This document shows, one piece after another, positions 26,292-40,561 of a stretch of DNA of 64,000 nt (its first letter is position 1; each line of letters begins with the position of its first letter). The notes beneath the pieces are model-generated. The model made no database searches, was not told where the DNA came from, and worked only from the letters and a program-made list of their open reading frames with translations. Position numbers and translations under genes: made by a program. The stretch lies in assembly GCF_036321535.1 (NCBI RefSeq), contig NC_087472.1:100566001-100630000 (forward strand). The letters run 5' to 3'. Source of the DNA: Camelus dromedarius. Lineage: Eukaryota.

Positions 26292-27733
26292 CCCGAACGT
26301 AATAGAATAGAACACAGTAGAAAATACCAGAGGCTCTGGCCTGGAGGAAGGGGAAATGTAGTTTCAGAAACTTCTCTGCGTGCAGCTGTTAGATCACCAG
26401 GCTTGCAGGTCTCGGTCAAACCACTGCTCTCAAAGAGTCGCATCTACAGAGTGACCACTGTGTGGCTCTGATACGTGCGGACCTCCGCACGGCATTGGAA
26501 GCGTCCAAAGAGGTGGATATTAAGGCAAGCCACTCACCCAGTCCTGCATGGCTGATGTTCCCGTTTGCTGGGGCCTGGGGGATTAGCTTCCAGTCCCTGC
26601 TCAGCTACAGCTGTCCAGTTGAGCAGCAAGGGTCCCCCTCAGAGCCTTGCTGTGAAGCTCAGAAGAGTTCATGGGTATTAAAATACTTTGAAAAAGCATC
26701 ATGTGCAATGTAAATATAAAGAGGCAACATTCCAAACTTAGCAGCACTTACATGTATTGTAGTTCAGGTGCTGCCAGCCTGATGGTACAGTGGTGGGACT
26801 CAGGGGGCGACCTTAACAAAACCAAGTCATTTTCCTCCAGCCTGAGCACTGCCCCGTGTCCCTCCAGTTCCTAGCGGGCTCTGCTGCGGCCGTGCTCTCT
26901 GTGGTCAAAACTCCCTTTCTCCCAGGACTCCTTTCCTTTGCCAAAGCACTGTCCCTTCTCTGAAAAGCCAGCAGTACTGGTACAGCAGGTGCAGGGTCTG
27001 AGCCCCCCTGCCCTGGCCCCCACATCCCAGGCACTTGGAGCTCCCTCTCTGCTGGAGAGCCAGATGCCTAGCCTCACTCACTGGAGTTGGGGCCTGGATA
27101 AGCCCCTTGGGGGTGCATGGCCTGGCTCTGGGGTGGCTCTTCCCCACCAGCTGGGCCCTACGCTATGCTTTCAGTGAGCCAGGCAGCCCCACTACCACCA
27201 ACCCACTAGCAGCCCCACTTTCCCTTCTCTCTAGAGGGTGGAACCTGCCCCCACCTCCCCTTCGGTCAGAGCATCCCCTGCTAGCGCACGCCACCATATT
27301 GCTCTTCTCTGCCTTAGAGGGCAGAGGCACAGACTTCTCTTGGTTATCCCCCTTGTGGAGATGTTTCCACTCCTGACCCCGTGTGAATGAACACAAGACA
27401 GGTTTAGAATAAATGCAGACCCAGAGGGAGGCAAGACACCACTTGAGATGGGGTAATTCCGCTTGGGACCTGTGGGGGACCATTTCTAGACATCTCTCAT
27501 CAGATGGTCTTGCACACTGAGGGCACGTGATAAATAAGCATCGTGGGTGTTGAGGGGAGGGGAGGCCAGAGAGAAGCAGGGAGGACAAGTGCTGTCCCTT
27601 TCAAAGCCACCTGGGGCATGGAAAGTGTGCTCACATGTCTGTCACAGGCCGGAGACAAGAACAGACAAGGTGCACGTCCACGTGAGGGGCCGAGGGCCAC
27701 CATCTAATACAGACGCTGTGTTCTCTTTCACAG

Positions 27734-27868
27734 TGACTATTCTGGCAGAAAACCACCACATTAAGGAGCTGCTGAAGAAACATGGGGTGAATGTCCAGAG
27801 TATTGCTGACATTCATCCAATCCGAGTCCAGCCAGGCCGGATTCTCAGTCACATATACGCCAAGCTTG
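27734..27868 (+). CDS. PHKA2: PHKA2 exon 14 ([17 protein letters not shown]...SHIYAKL-G)
   Basis: tcacag|TG...CTTG|gtaggt; 135 nt. Confidence 0.97.
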
Positions 27869-28524
27869 GTAGGTTTGGGCAAGTAGCAGAGCGTTTTGGG
27901 TGAGGGGGCATCTGGGTTCTGGGTTTGGGGTCTGGGGGAGACTGATAGTGTAAATTCTGAAGAATTGGGCAAAACACTAAAGCCAGCGGTTTGCCTGCTT
28001 CCATGGGAAGAGGAAAGGCCAGCATGCACATTCTTCTAATGCCCGTTCAGGGGATGCCCCACAGGCTGGCCGTGCAATTCGTCAGATCTGTTGTAAAATA
28101 AGGAGCCACCTTTGAAAATTCACAATTGAAGCTGTCATTTGTGTCTTGATAATGTTTCTAAATTTTATCCATAGACTAAAAAAATGCTTATCTACCCATT
28201 AAAATGTAAAGGGAGTTCTCTTTTTCTGACTTTGTTTAGGATTATGGTTCAATATTAAGGAAATAAAAAGTAAACATCAATAAAGCCCTTTTAATAGTTT
28301 CATTCCATATAGATGTTGCACCAGGTGCTGTTCTTACACGTGCATGAAAAGAAGGGGGTGGGATTTGTTTTTAATTCATTCTTGTCTCAAAGAAAGACAA
28401 CAATAGTAGAAAAACCAAACCCCAAAGTGCATTGTTTAACATATAAATAAGCCCATCCTTAGCCACAGTCACTTGGATTAGATGAAACTGTATTTGTATC
28501 TCTCTTTTTTTAATTTTTATTTAA

Positions 28525-28656
<132 letters not shown>

Positions 28657-29695
28657 TAGCAAGCCAACAAAGCATCTGTTTATTAAGCTCTCTTTTCTGT
28701 CTGGTGAGCTACTTTGAATGTGGCAGAATGTGTTCAAATAGAGACATAAGATGACCCCTGGTACATAGTACAGTTCTTTCCTCATAGTACGTGCTCAGTA
28801 AATGTGACTTCAGTTGAGCTGAGCGTGCCATCACTTCCAGTCATGAAACTCACACTGCTTCACAGATTTGCTAGTGACATGTCACTTGACTTGCAGCCCT
28901 TGTGCTGCTAACTGCAATAGCCCCTAACGCATAAGCAGTCTGACTTTTCAGGCCCTGACCCCCTTGACGGGATCCTGAATATACTGATGATGGAACTTTT
29001 CTTCAGAGTTTTTGTTTCCAAAGGAAACTAGTCCCATGGAACCCAAACCAAGCATTTTTTCATCCATTTGGGCAGCTGGAAAGGCCAACTGTGGGATCAC
29101 TTTGTCAATGTGGAGCACAGCACCCCTGGCTCCCCACTACCTGGGCACCTAGTTGGTTGTGAGGTCATAGGTCAATAGCCTCAAGTTGCTGCTTTTCACC
29201 TAGCTGGTGCTGCTCACTTAAATCTTGTTATTTCCCTTCATAAGAAATTTCAGACTAGAGCTGAGTGTGCACTGGTCCAGAGGCCAGGACAGCTATATGG
29301 TTTTCAACATCAGGCCACAGTGCCTCTAGTTCACGTTAACCAGGCCATCACTCAGGTAAACATGGTCTCCACATCTTACCTGCTCTCAAGGGCCTCGCTT
29401 GGAATGCATCTCTGAGCCCAGCAGCCCTGGCTGGCATAGGGATTAAGGAGTTACTGATTTCCTTTCAGGGACAGCAGTGTTCGGCCTGGTGCTTAATCCC
29501 CATTGGGGGAGCTGTACAATAGATCTAGCCATACACCCTTCCCTCCCACACTAACGCTAATGTAGCCACGACTCCTGGGCAGGTGACAGTGATTTGTCTG
29601 ATTGTGAGGAGCGCCCCATGATGGGGGCGAGTTACAGCCAGGATTGAGCCTCTTCTCTGGAAACAAAATGCAAGGATTAGTGCTGCCATGGATGA

Positions 29696-30001
<306 letters not shown>

Positions 30002-30128
30002 TAAAGGGGGTTCTTAGCAGCTAGGTGTCTCAGCTCGGGAATCTTCTGTGCCACACATATTTTAATTAGATTGTGTTGATGAAAACATTTTGATGCATGC
30101 CCCCTAAAAGTATTCACAGATTAAGTAA

Positions 30129-30236
<108 letters not shown>

Positions 30237-31077
30237 TAATAGGTGATTTTAAAAAAAAAGTAACATTGACCTTTCTTAGAGTCTTCTGCTGCCCTTCTTC
30301 CACTTTTCATATCAATTGCTGAACATGGAAGCATGGAACTTTAGAGTCAAAAGGAAGTTAAAGCTATTCCAGTCACTCATGCGAAACTAGAATCAACTCT
30401 AAGCACCATTTGGTATTTGGTGGATGTTTGTGAAGCTTTTATGGGCACCAGGAGGCCTGGGGCATAGAGAGGTGAACATACCAGGTCTCTCGGAAGCAGC
30501 ACTCCTGGAACGCACGTATGATATGCTGTCTGTTTCTAGTAAAAGGAGTGGAAGAGAACACCCAGAGCCTGGGATCTGGCAGGTGCTCAGTATTCACTCC
30601 TTGAATTGACTTGAGTGTGCTGACACCTTAAGAGTAATTCACCGAACTTTACAAATCCCTTCATGGGAGGCCCATTCAGGTGCTCTGCCTAGACCACTGG
30701 CCCCTTGGCCCCAGTGGAGGGATGCCCATTCCGCTTTGGAGCCCCACGGTGCAGCGGGCGATCCCAGGTGGTACAGTTAAGCTCCTTGAGTAATAGGGGG
30801 CTCACCTCCCATGGAAACCCCTTTCATTTTTGCACCCCATGACTGTCACAAGGCACGGGATTTCTCTGTAGGATCTATTCCCTGGTCTCTCAGAATCCCC
30901 TGGAATATGCCAGAAGGGCTCCAGGAGAACCTCACTGTGCAGCCAGCCTGAATAATGTATGGCCTTTCCCAGGCTCGGGGAGGCTGCCATTTGGTCCCTG
31001 ATGGAATGCCAGTGGTTGGGAGTTGAAGTCAGCCCTTCTCACATCCTTCCACGTCAGGGACCCTGCTGCCACAGTAA

Positions 31078-31352
31078 TTTTTTTTAACTGTAAAATACAC
31101 ACACAATTTACTGTCTTAACCATTTTGAAGTATACAGTTCAGTGATATTAAGTATATTCACTTGTTTGCAACCAATCTCTGGAAGTCTTTTCATCTTGTA
31201 AAACTGAAAGCCCGTGCCCATCAAACCACTCTCCATTTCCCCAGCCCCTGGCAACCACCATCTACTTTTTCTCTAGGTGTCTCATCTAGGTGGACTTACC
31301 CAGTATTTGTTGGGGACTGGCTTATCCCACTTAGCCTGATGTCTTCAGGGTT
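31078..31352 (-). mobile_element. old L1 (L1MB-like) 3' fragment
   Basis: TTAACCATTTTGAAGTATACAGTTCAGTG...CCCAGCCCCTGGCAACCACCA. Confidence 0.8.
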
Positions 31353-31689
31353 GAGTCACTATATTTCTGAGCACCTGGGTTGGCACCTCTGCTCACCAAC
31401 CCTGCTGTGAGTTTTGCTGTAGACTTGAAGTGGCCCTCGCTCCGAGCTTCTCCTGACCTGTCATGAGTGTCAGTGAGACACCATCCCCAGTGTTCTGCCA
31501 TCTACATTCCAGGACTGGCACCATAGCTGCACTTGGCATCCACTTTCGTACATTTCTTCTCCAGCTTGGACACTTTACCACCTGGCATATGGTGTCATAA
31601 CCGAGAGACAATACCATACGCCCATAATTAACTTTTCAAAAATAAATTATTTAATTGAAATCTAACCATTGTCAAAAGGATACTGTCTG

Positions 31690-31880
31690 CAGTTAATTGA
31701 GCACCTATAGTGTGCTTTGTGGCTTTGGGTGCGTTGTCTCATTTAGTCTATGCTTTGTCGCTTGGGCTGTTTTCCCATTTTATGCACAAGGATCTGTAGG
31801 CTCAGAGGGCCAGGGGCACAGGATGAGTAGGTGCAGAAACTCCACATGAACCCAGAAACCAGGCTCTAACCACCATGCTG
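31690..31880 (-). mobile_element. MIR SINE fragment
   Basis: TTGAGCACCTA...CCCATTTTATGCACAAGGATCTGTAGGCTCAGAG...CTCTAACCACCATGCT. Confidence 0.6.
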
Positions 31881-33130
31881 AGCTGGGTGGGGGCTTATAG
31901 GAATCCAGACGGCCTCCTGGTTATAGAGTACAGCCAACAATTCAGAGAAGCATGGGACAGGAGCGCCCAGGCTCTATCAGCTACCCTTTCCTATTAAGTT
32001 CTTTGGAATTGAAGTTGAATCTCATTTTGGCTCTTTTTTAGGTCTGAGGGTATTTAAAAAGCTGAATTCACTCTCCATGCCAAGTTCTACCCTCCGGACC
32101 CACCTGGGGTAGTTAGCTATCAGAAATATTTTTCAATTACTGCCTTTCCGCCTTTGCCCTGACTCCTTTCGACTTCATCAGAGAGAAATGTTCCCTTGGC
32201 TCCATCTCACCTCTTCCTGTTCCCTAACCTCAGGGCAAAACAATCCTTAGAACTGGCCCCAGGGCTCAAGGGGGAAAAAGTTTTTACTTTATTAAGGGAA
32301 GGCTTTTCTCTCTCTCAGGCGGTGTTTCTTGATGTAGTCTGTGTTTGCCCATTGAAGCTCCCGCACCTTTGAATTCATTTGCATTGCATGCTTCTGTTTA
32401 CTCTCCTTAAACCAAGCTATTTAAACTAGTCAAACCTGATGCTGGTACCTCTGAGGCATCCCATTGTTTTCAGCTTCCAGCTCTAATGTTTTAGATTGCT
32501 TGCATTCTGCAGGGTGGACATCCTACTTGCTCCCCAAACCTGGGGCTGAACTTGCAGAATGTGAAGCCTGCAGCCTTTGCAGCAGAACCCCATACTGCTA
32601 GACCCAGCTCCTAGTTTTTGGTGGAACTTTACCCAGGCTGATAATGTAATAGGGCCACTCTGGGCCACTGTTCTGATCTGGGGATCGCCTGCCATCACCT
32701 TCCTTCTAGAGAGATCTTTGATGTGCTCCTCTCCCAACATATACCCTGCTTCTAACGCCCGCTTGTGTGACTGTGTGGTAGGGACTCATAAAAGATAGCA
32801 CGAGAGCCCCCAGAGAATTTTTGCTTTTGGTTTTGTTCTGCTCCAGTCATTTTAGGGCAGAAATACCCAAGGGTTGGTTCTAGTTCACTCTATGTTTTGT
32901 AATCTTTGGTTGGTTCAGGAAAATAGATTTCTATTTGTATTGGGTTTGGGAGTAAGAAATCAGCATGATTCATTTTGGCTTTTAATATGCTGTGTGATTC
33001 CACTTCATACTTGCTATTGAATTTTCATTTTAGTTTCTTGGCTGACTACTTATATGGGGCAATCTGCAGAGTGACGTATTTATTGATTCTGGCAGAAGCA
33101 CCACCTGGTTGTTGAAAAGTCTCTCAATGA

Positions 33131-33454
<324 letters not shown>

Positions 33455-34130
33455 TAATTAACAAAAAAAGAGGCTTTGAAAACTTTCACGTATTAAAATG
33501 AATAAGATGCCAGTTTAAAAACCTAAACTGCAAAAGTGAGGCTTTTTTAAAACCTAGAGGGACAAAGAGTTTCAGGAATGCAGACTTTTCATGAAATATG
33601 AAGACAGAAACACTTGAATTTTCAAAGGGATAGTAGGATGATCTTAGTTTTGATTGGATGTAACTGATGAAATCCTATTTATGTATATAATTTCTCAAAC
33701 TGAGGGAGGTTTTGGGTTGAAGTGACCTGTTGTTTACTTTTAGTTAGTAATTGGGATTGGGGCTGAGGGTTCCATAATGTATGTTACTCATGACAGATTA
33801 AAGCAAAAAGATAAAATGTTGGCTGCTGACCCTCTGGTTGTCTTACATATTCAGTTCATCTTGGGATGATGTGATATAAACACTATCTTGACATGTATTT
33901 TCTTTTCCTTGGATGAAGTTTTTCCAAACAATAACTTTATGAACACATACATTATCTACATAAATCTCTTTGCTCTCTGGGGGTGGGTGGGAGGTCAGAT
34001 ATCTGTATCAAAATGTTGTCTTCCACTAAATCTACTCAGCACTTCATGCTACACAGAATCACTGTTATGCATGTGGGTTATTTGTGCAGCTTGTTTTCAT
34101 TGGCTCTTTTTCTTACCTGCGTAATTATAG

Positions 34131-34304
34131 AAAGCCAGGACGAACTTGACCAGTATATCAGCCACCTCCTGCAAAGCACATCCTCCAAGTGCTATCTGCC
34201 ACCTCTTTGTAAGAAGACAGAGGACAGCCATGTTTTCAGCGCCATCCACTCCACTCGGGATATACTTTCTGTCATGGCAAAAGCAAAGGGTTTGGAAATT
34301 CCAT
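34131..34304 (+). CDS. PHKA2: PHKA2 exon 19 ([14 protein letters not shown]...[10 protein letters not shown])
   Basis: ttatag|AA...CCAT|gtatgt; 174 nt. Confidence 0.96.
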
Positions 34305-34334
34305 GTATGTTATTAACTCTTTTCTGCCTATTAA

Positions 34335-36840
34335 AGTAACTTCTTTCATCAAAGTAATGCATGAACACAATATAAAAGTCAAAGAATCCTAAAAGGCAGC
34401 AAAATGCAGATCTTTCCTGCCTCATCTCTCCCCTCCCCTCCCCACTGTCCTACTTAGGGGCAATCACTTTAAAACTCTTAGTTGTTCTTCTGGCATTTAC
34501 GTATCTCCGTATTTCTAAAATAGTGTGTCTATACTGCTTTCTTTTGATGCATTGGCTTTATTTGGTATCTGTTGACTTTCTCTTATGCGGGTAAGGATTT
34601 AGCTCTTAAATCACCATTCCTCTGCTTCACTTCTCCTAACCTATCTGTGCAGTTTGTATTAAGGTTTAGTTAAGTCAGTAATTTTTACTTTTTGTTTTTT
34701 CTAAAGTTTATCATTGCCCTATCTTTTTTTTGCCTTTATTATTTTTTTTAACATTTTTTTATTGAGTTATAGTCATTTTACAATGTCATATCATCCTATC
34801 TTTTAATTTGCTTTGTTTCCTTTCTACAGCTTCCAATGGTCTTGCCATACAAATTTTCACAAGGTCAATCATATGCACGAATCTCTGGGTTCCGCTGCTT
34901 TACTTAGCGTCCAGAAGTCCCCTTCCATCCAGCTTATTGAACTCTAGGCCTGCTGCATACCTGGCATCCTAGGACTTGACTTTACCGTAATACTTGGAAT
35001 TGCCTTTGCTTATCTCTTCAGTTGGGTTCCCTGTTTCCTGAATCTGGCATGTTCCCCTTTCTTGATTTATACCTTTAATGGAATACATTCTGAAATAGTT
35101 TCAATAGGTTAAAAAAATGGTACAGTGGAAGAGAGCATGGTGATGACAGCCCTCAACTTGCTTGTTTTTGGGGTTCACTGCCCCTTTTGGCCTGTTTCCC
35201 TCCATGTCTGGGATGTAGATTTTGTCATGGGATCTTTCACAATCATCCTGGAGACATCCTTGTCTCCTTTGTTGGCTCTCCTGTTTTCTGTGTCTCAACT
35301 TTTCCTCCTCCTTAACTTACTCCCTTTTTTGGTGGAGGACATCCAGTTGTTTCCTGAGAAAACAGTGCATGGTGGGTAAAACTGTTGAGACTTTGCAAGT
35401 CTGCCATATTCTGTATCTATTTGAGAATTTAGCTGGGTATAGAATTTTACTACAAGTTTCCTTCAGAATTTTGAAAGTATCACTTCATTGTCCCTTTGCT
35501 GTCAGTGTTGCTGTTGAGAAATCTAAATCCATTCTGACTTTTGATCGTTCAAATATAAACTGTTACTCTCTTTGAGAGTTTTTAAGATTTTCTCTGTTCC
35601 CAGGTTCTGAAATTTCAGTGATGTGCCTTGCTCTGGGTATATTTTCATCCACAGTGTTGGCTACTCAGCAGACTTTTCAATTGGGAAATTTATGGTTTTT
35701 GCTTTCAGTTTTTCAGTTTTAAAGTTTTTCTAAAACATTTCTTGACTCATTTCCTTCCGTACATTCTCTCTGTCCTCTCTTTCTGATACTTTATGATTCC
35801 AGTGTTGACCTCCTGGAGAAGTCTTTATTGTTTCTCTTCTGTCTTCCATTTCTCTGTCTTTTGCTCTCTTTTGAGGGCAATTGCCTCAGCTTTTTGTTCC
35901 ACCTGTTCAGCTGAGTTTTTCCACTTTTGCTGTCATGTTTTAAATCTTTGTTCTATGAATTGCATCCATTCTTGTTTCATACATGCAGTATAATTTCTTA
36001 TTACTCTGAGAATATTAATGGCAGGGCTTTTTGTTGTTGTTTGTTTTTTTTTAACATTTCTTCTCCCTAAATGGTTTCCATTTCCCCCAAGTCAATTTTT
36101 CCTGTTTCTTTTGGTTTCTGTCTTTCGCATTTGAGTCTGTCCTCCTGTCCTTGGTTATCTGCTTATACATGAGACTCTCCAAGCATGTAAGTGGGTTTAT
36201 GGGTGTAGGCCGGGCAGATTTCCCAGAGATACTCTACAGTCTCCTTTGCAGTCTCCTTTTTAACAGGTAAAGATCTGATTGCTTGGAGCTATACAATCAT
36301 TTATTTCCCCTAAGGAATGTACTCGGCCTTCAGACATGTGGGTCAGTACCCCTTCCAGACATAGCCCCCCCCCCTTTTTTACCCTCTTTAGAGAGACCCT
36401 CTAGGCTTCTATCGGGGTGAGCAAGGCAGTTGGCAAGCTGTGTGGTTGCAGAGGACATCTAGGGAGCTCACAGCCTCTCCCATAGCTTCTCCTCCATCTT
36501 ATTTTGGATGCCCTCTCTAGACTGCCCCCAGTTCCAGAGGTCCATGATGCAGCAAGCTCCTTAGACCTCTGAGAATTCTGATATTAACCTGACTGGTTCT
36601 CGGCTTTCCTCACTGCAGACTTGGGGTTTGGTTGCCTTGTGTCTACTAAACCAGTTACCTTTTATCCATCAGCTTCCCCACTTCCAAAATGTTGTTGCTC
36701 TTGTCTTCTCTCCTGCTTTTCCCTATTCTTTAGGATTTGTCTTTTTTTTTTTTTTCTTTAATTATTTTCTGTAGTGTTAGTGGGGGATTGAGAGGAAGTA
36801 AAGTTAAAATGTATGTTAAATTCACTAGTGTAACCTGGAG
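34335..36840 (-). mobile_element. ancient L1ME/HAL1-like fragments
   Basis: T-rich 2.5-kb block containing TTAGCTGGGTATAGAATT...TTCCTTCAGAATTTTGAA...GTGTTGCTGTTGAGAAATCT. Confidence 0.6.
34728..34794 (-). mobile_element. very short 5'-truncated L1 3' end with TSD
   Basis: TTTATTGAGTTATAGTCATTTTACAATGT flanked by CCTATCTTTT at 34718-34727 and 34795-34804. Confidence 0.75.
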
Positions 36841-37403
36841 ATCTATAAATGGCTTTTAAATATGCCTCATCTTTACCTTGAAAGGTACTTATTTTCCCAA
36901 GATGATATGATATAGCCTGGCAGGTGGAGATGGCTGAATGAATAAGCATTGGTGATGATAACATTTAAAGGTGGTTAAAAAAACAAGCACTAACACCCAG
37001 CAGTGGCAAAGTGAAATACATAGTAGACAGGAAGTGGGGACACCTTGATTATGAGAAGGCCAGTGACCTTGGACAAATGGTCTATCCTGTCTGGTTCCCA
37101 GTTTCCACACCTGAAAGAAAGAGGTCGGGCTTAATCATTTCTAAGGCTCCTTCTAGTTCTAAGATGCTGTGTAATTTTCCCTGAATTCTATGAGAGAAAA
37201 GTGAAGTTCAGCTCCTTAAAGCAAGATCTGTGTCCTGCTCACTTCTTGTTTTCAGACTTAGCACATGATGTGGCTATGTAAAAAGTTAGTGTTGAAATTA
37301 ATTAAACTAAGTCATCATTTCTTATTTGGTTTGTATTGTACCTCTCAAAATAAGTGTTTTATCCTTCCTCCTTTTCAGAAGAGCTCTCTCTTTTATCTTC
37401 TAG

Positions 37404-37492
37404 TTGTTCCCATGGCTCTGCCAACTAAAATTCTAAGTGCCCACCGTAAGTCGCTGAATCTTGTTGATTCCCCTCAGCCACTCCTTAAAAAG
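37404..37492 (+). CDS. PHKA2: PHKA2 exon 20 ([29 protein letters not shown])
   Basis: ttctag|TT...AAG|gtaaaa; 89 nt. Confidence 0.96.
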
Positions 37493-38059
37493 GTAAAATA
37501 TTTAGAATCACTTTTTCAGAAAGTGTAATGTTCTTTGATGCTGATGTAGTCCCAAGAACTTTTAAATGGTTGAACTCAAAAGAGCATATTCCTTGATATC
37601 CAGGACTTTTAGGATTAGAAGTTCTGGATTTTGATGTGTGCCCATTCACTTAGTTGTCTGGAATCTGCTTCGTGTCAGTATGCACACTGAATTTGATGCA
37701 AACCTTTATACTTTGCATGTAGGAGAAGGCTACTGACTTTCTGCCTACTTGTCAGAACCCGTGTCCCACTAGAGGAGGGAGCTGGCTCACCACTAGCCCT
37801 GGCCCATCTGTGCCAGCCAGCCAAGGCTGGGCTACTTGTGGAGCAGGTTACAAAACCAGAAAAAGATTCCTCCAGAGAATAAAATCTCAGGGTGTTCCCC
37901 TTTGATTCTCCTAATTTGTTATTTTTTCCAAAGTCTCCTCTGATTTTATTCCACATGAATAGAAAGATTCATTGTCTGCTGGAGACGATTTTAACTTAAC
38001 CTCAATTTTAGGTTGTTTAAAACTCACATATTTTTTGTATTTGTTTTGCCTTCAAAAAG

Positions 38060-38265
38060 ATATTTTATTGAAGTTTAACATATATAGAGAAGTGTATGAA
38101 GTATGAGCATAGGGCTCAGTGCATTATCACCGAGCCAACAGACCCATGTAAGTGACAGCCGCCCCTGTGCCCCTGCCACTCACTTCCTCCCGCTCCACTC
38201 CAAAGGTAACTGCTAGCATGAGTTTTGCCTGTTTTTGAACTTTACATGAATAAAATTTATACCTA
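38060..38265 (-). mobile_element. old L1 3' fragment
   Basis: TTTTATTGAAGTTTAACATATATAGA...GTTTTGCCTGTTTTTGAACTTTACATGAAT. Confidence 0.7.
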
Positions 38266-38480
38266 TTTTAACCTGTTCAGTTCAGTCTCTTGCAAACATT
38301 GACTAAGACAGTGATTCACTGATCAAAAATATAAACAAAAAGCCACAGAAGACTCCCTGAAAAGCTGGAGTGTAGCACAGCAGCAGAGTGCCAAGACCAG
38401 GTTGGTGTGTCACTTCCTAATCTTCTAAAAGTTTGCATGCTCAGCCCCTCTCTCCTGCTTTTTGGCTTTTGTATGGCCAG

Positions 38481-38614
38481 GCTCCCGAAGATGACTTCCA
38501 GTTTCCCAGAGATGACCGTGGTGACGTGGACTGTGAGAAGCTGGTTGAGCAGCTGAAGGATTGCTCGAACCTACAGGACCAAGCAGACATTCTGTACATT
38601 CTGTATGTAATGAA
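38481..38614 (+). CDS. PHKA2: PHKA2 exon 21 ([27 protein letters not shown]...LYVM-K)
   Basis: ggccag|GCT...TGAA|gtaagt; 134 nt. Confidence 0.96.
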
Positions 38615-38977
38615 GTAAGTTCATGGTCTTCACTAGGTTGAGCTTTCCCTTCTTCTCCTTGGCTCTTTGTCCTAGTCTTCTTGGCCTTCTAGCAGGCTGC
38701 ATCATGATCATATTCACCCAAATTACCCAGAATCATCATGAACATACTTCCGTACCCTCCCCTGCCTACTAGTGCTGGCCTTGAGGACGAGAATACTGGG
38801 TGAGGCCAGGATCTCACCGTTGCCCAGTGTTAGACTTCTGTTTCAAGTAGACAGAAGGGGTGCTTTGGTAAGATGCAGCCCTCTTGGTCAGACTCAGAAG
38901 CACTGGGAGGGCCTCTGAGGGCTTGGCAGAATGTGCAGTGATTCATTCCCCTCCCTGCCAAGTGGGCTTGATTATGA

Positions 38978-39307
<330 letters not shown>

Positions 39308-39968
39308 TAGATGGAGCAGGCCCTCCTCTCCTTACCTCCCACTGCTCTTGGAAGGCAAGCAGAGGAAATGAAATTCAAGTTGATTAGTTTTGTTACTTGT
39401 TAGCTGCAGAAAAGGGTTTACCAAGAAATAAAATGAAAATGCTCTCTGGCCTGGCACCATCTTAAACAGAGCTCTCTTAATTCTGCACCGCTGCAGTACA
39501 GTCTCGTTAACATTTTCACCCTGAGGCCCTGCAAAATCCAGAGCTGCTTTCTAAGACATTCAAGCTCAGTGTTATGGTAAGGTGGTGGTATTTAGTATAT
39601 GTCAATAACAGGGAAACTGGCAGTTTATGACTTTAATATGGTCATTTACTCTTAACATCTTAGGACTCGCGACAGCCCACCCCTCTTATGGACTATCCGG
39701 GAATCCAGTGTGTTTGCTGTGGTGGATGGGCATTAAATACCCACTAAAAGGCCCTGCAGAGCCAGGCCTGGGGCCACAAAGATCACAGGGACCCAACACG
39801 GCCTACGTTGCTCAGTCTGGGTGTCTTTGTAAGAATTTTTCAAGTAAATGGCAACATGGGTCATAAAATTTGTAAAGGTAAATTTATGATCTTATCGGCA
39901 GTGACCCTTCCCCGTCGGCTTTGCTCACCTCTCTCTTTCTGCCCCTTGCCCTCCTCCTAAATAAGTAG

Positions 39969-40048
39969 GCCTGCACAGACCTGCTGTCACACCAGAAGCA
40001 GCTCACAGTGGGCCTGCCACCAGAACCCCGGGAGAAGACCATCTCTGC
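39969..40048 (+). CDS. PHKA2: PHKA2 exon 23 (ACTDLLSHQKQLTVGLPPEPREKTIS-A)
   Basis: aagtag|GCC...TGC|gtaagt; 80 nt. Confidence 0.96.
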
Positions 40049-40250
40049 GTAAGTATTCAGCCTGGGGGCCTCAGGTTTGTGGGGACCGTGCGGAAAACAT
40101 CAGTGCCATCCACCATTCAGGAAAAGAGTCTTAATAGAAGACACTGGCACTCGAGAGCTTCCAGTGGGAAAATGAAGCTCTTCCACAGAGGGCTAGGAGG
40201 CACACTCTTGGGCATCCTTACGGTGTTTGTGTCCCGATGCTCCTTTCTAG

Positions 40251-40329
40251 GCCTCTTCCCCCCGAGGAGCTCACGAAACTCATCTATGAAGCCAGTGGGC
40301 AGGACATCAGCATCGCCGTCCTCACCCAG
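40251..40329 (+). CDS. PHKA2: PHKA2 exon 24 ([26 protein letters not shown])
   Basis: ttctag|G...CAG|gtcagc; 79 nt. Confidence 0.97.
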
Positions 40330-40431
40330 GTCAGCTGGCCAGGGCGGGGCGGGGCAGGGCTGATGCCTCTGGGCAGCAGGGGCCTCCCTGCCACCACCCA
40401 GTCTCTGAAACCGTGTCTCCACCTGTGTCAG

Positions 40432-40561
40432 GAGATTGTGGTGTACCTGGCCATGTACGTCAGGGCACAGCCCAGCCTCTTCGTAGAGATGCTCAGGCTC
40501 CGGATTGGACTGATCATTCAGGTGATGGCCACAGAGCTGGCACGGAGCCTGAACTGTTCAG
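40432..40561 (+). CDS. PHKA2: PHKA2 exon 25 ([26 protein letters not shown]...SLNCS-G)
   Basis: tgtcag|GAG...TCAG|gtgcga; 130 nt. Confidence 0.97.
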
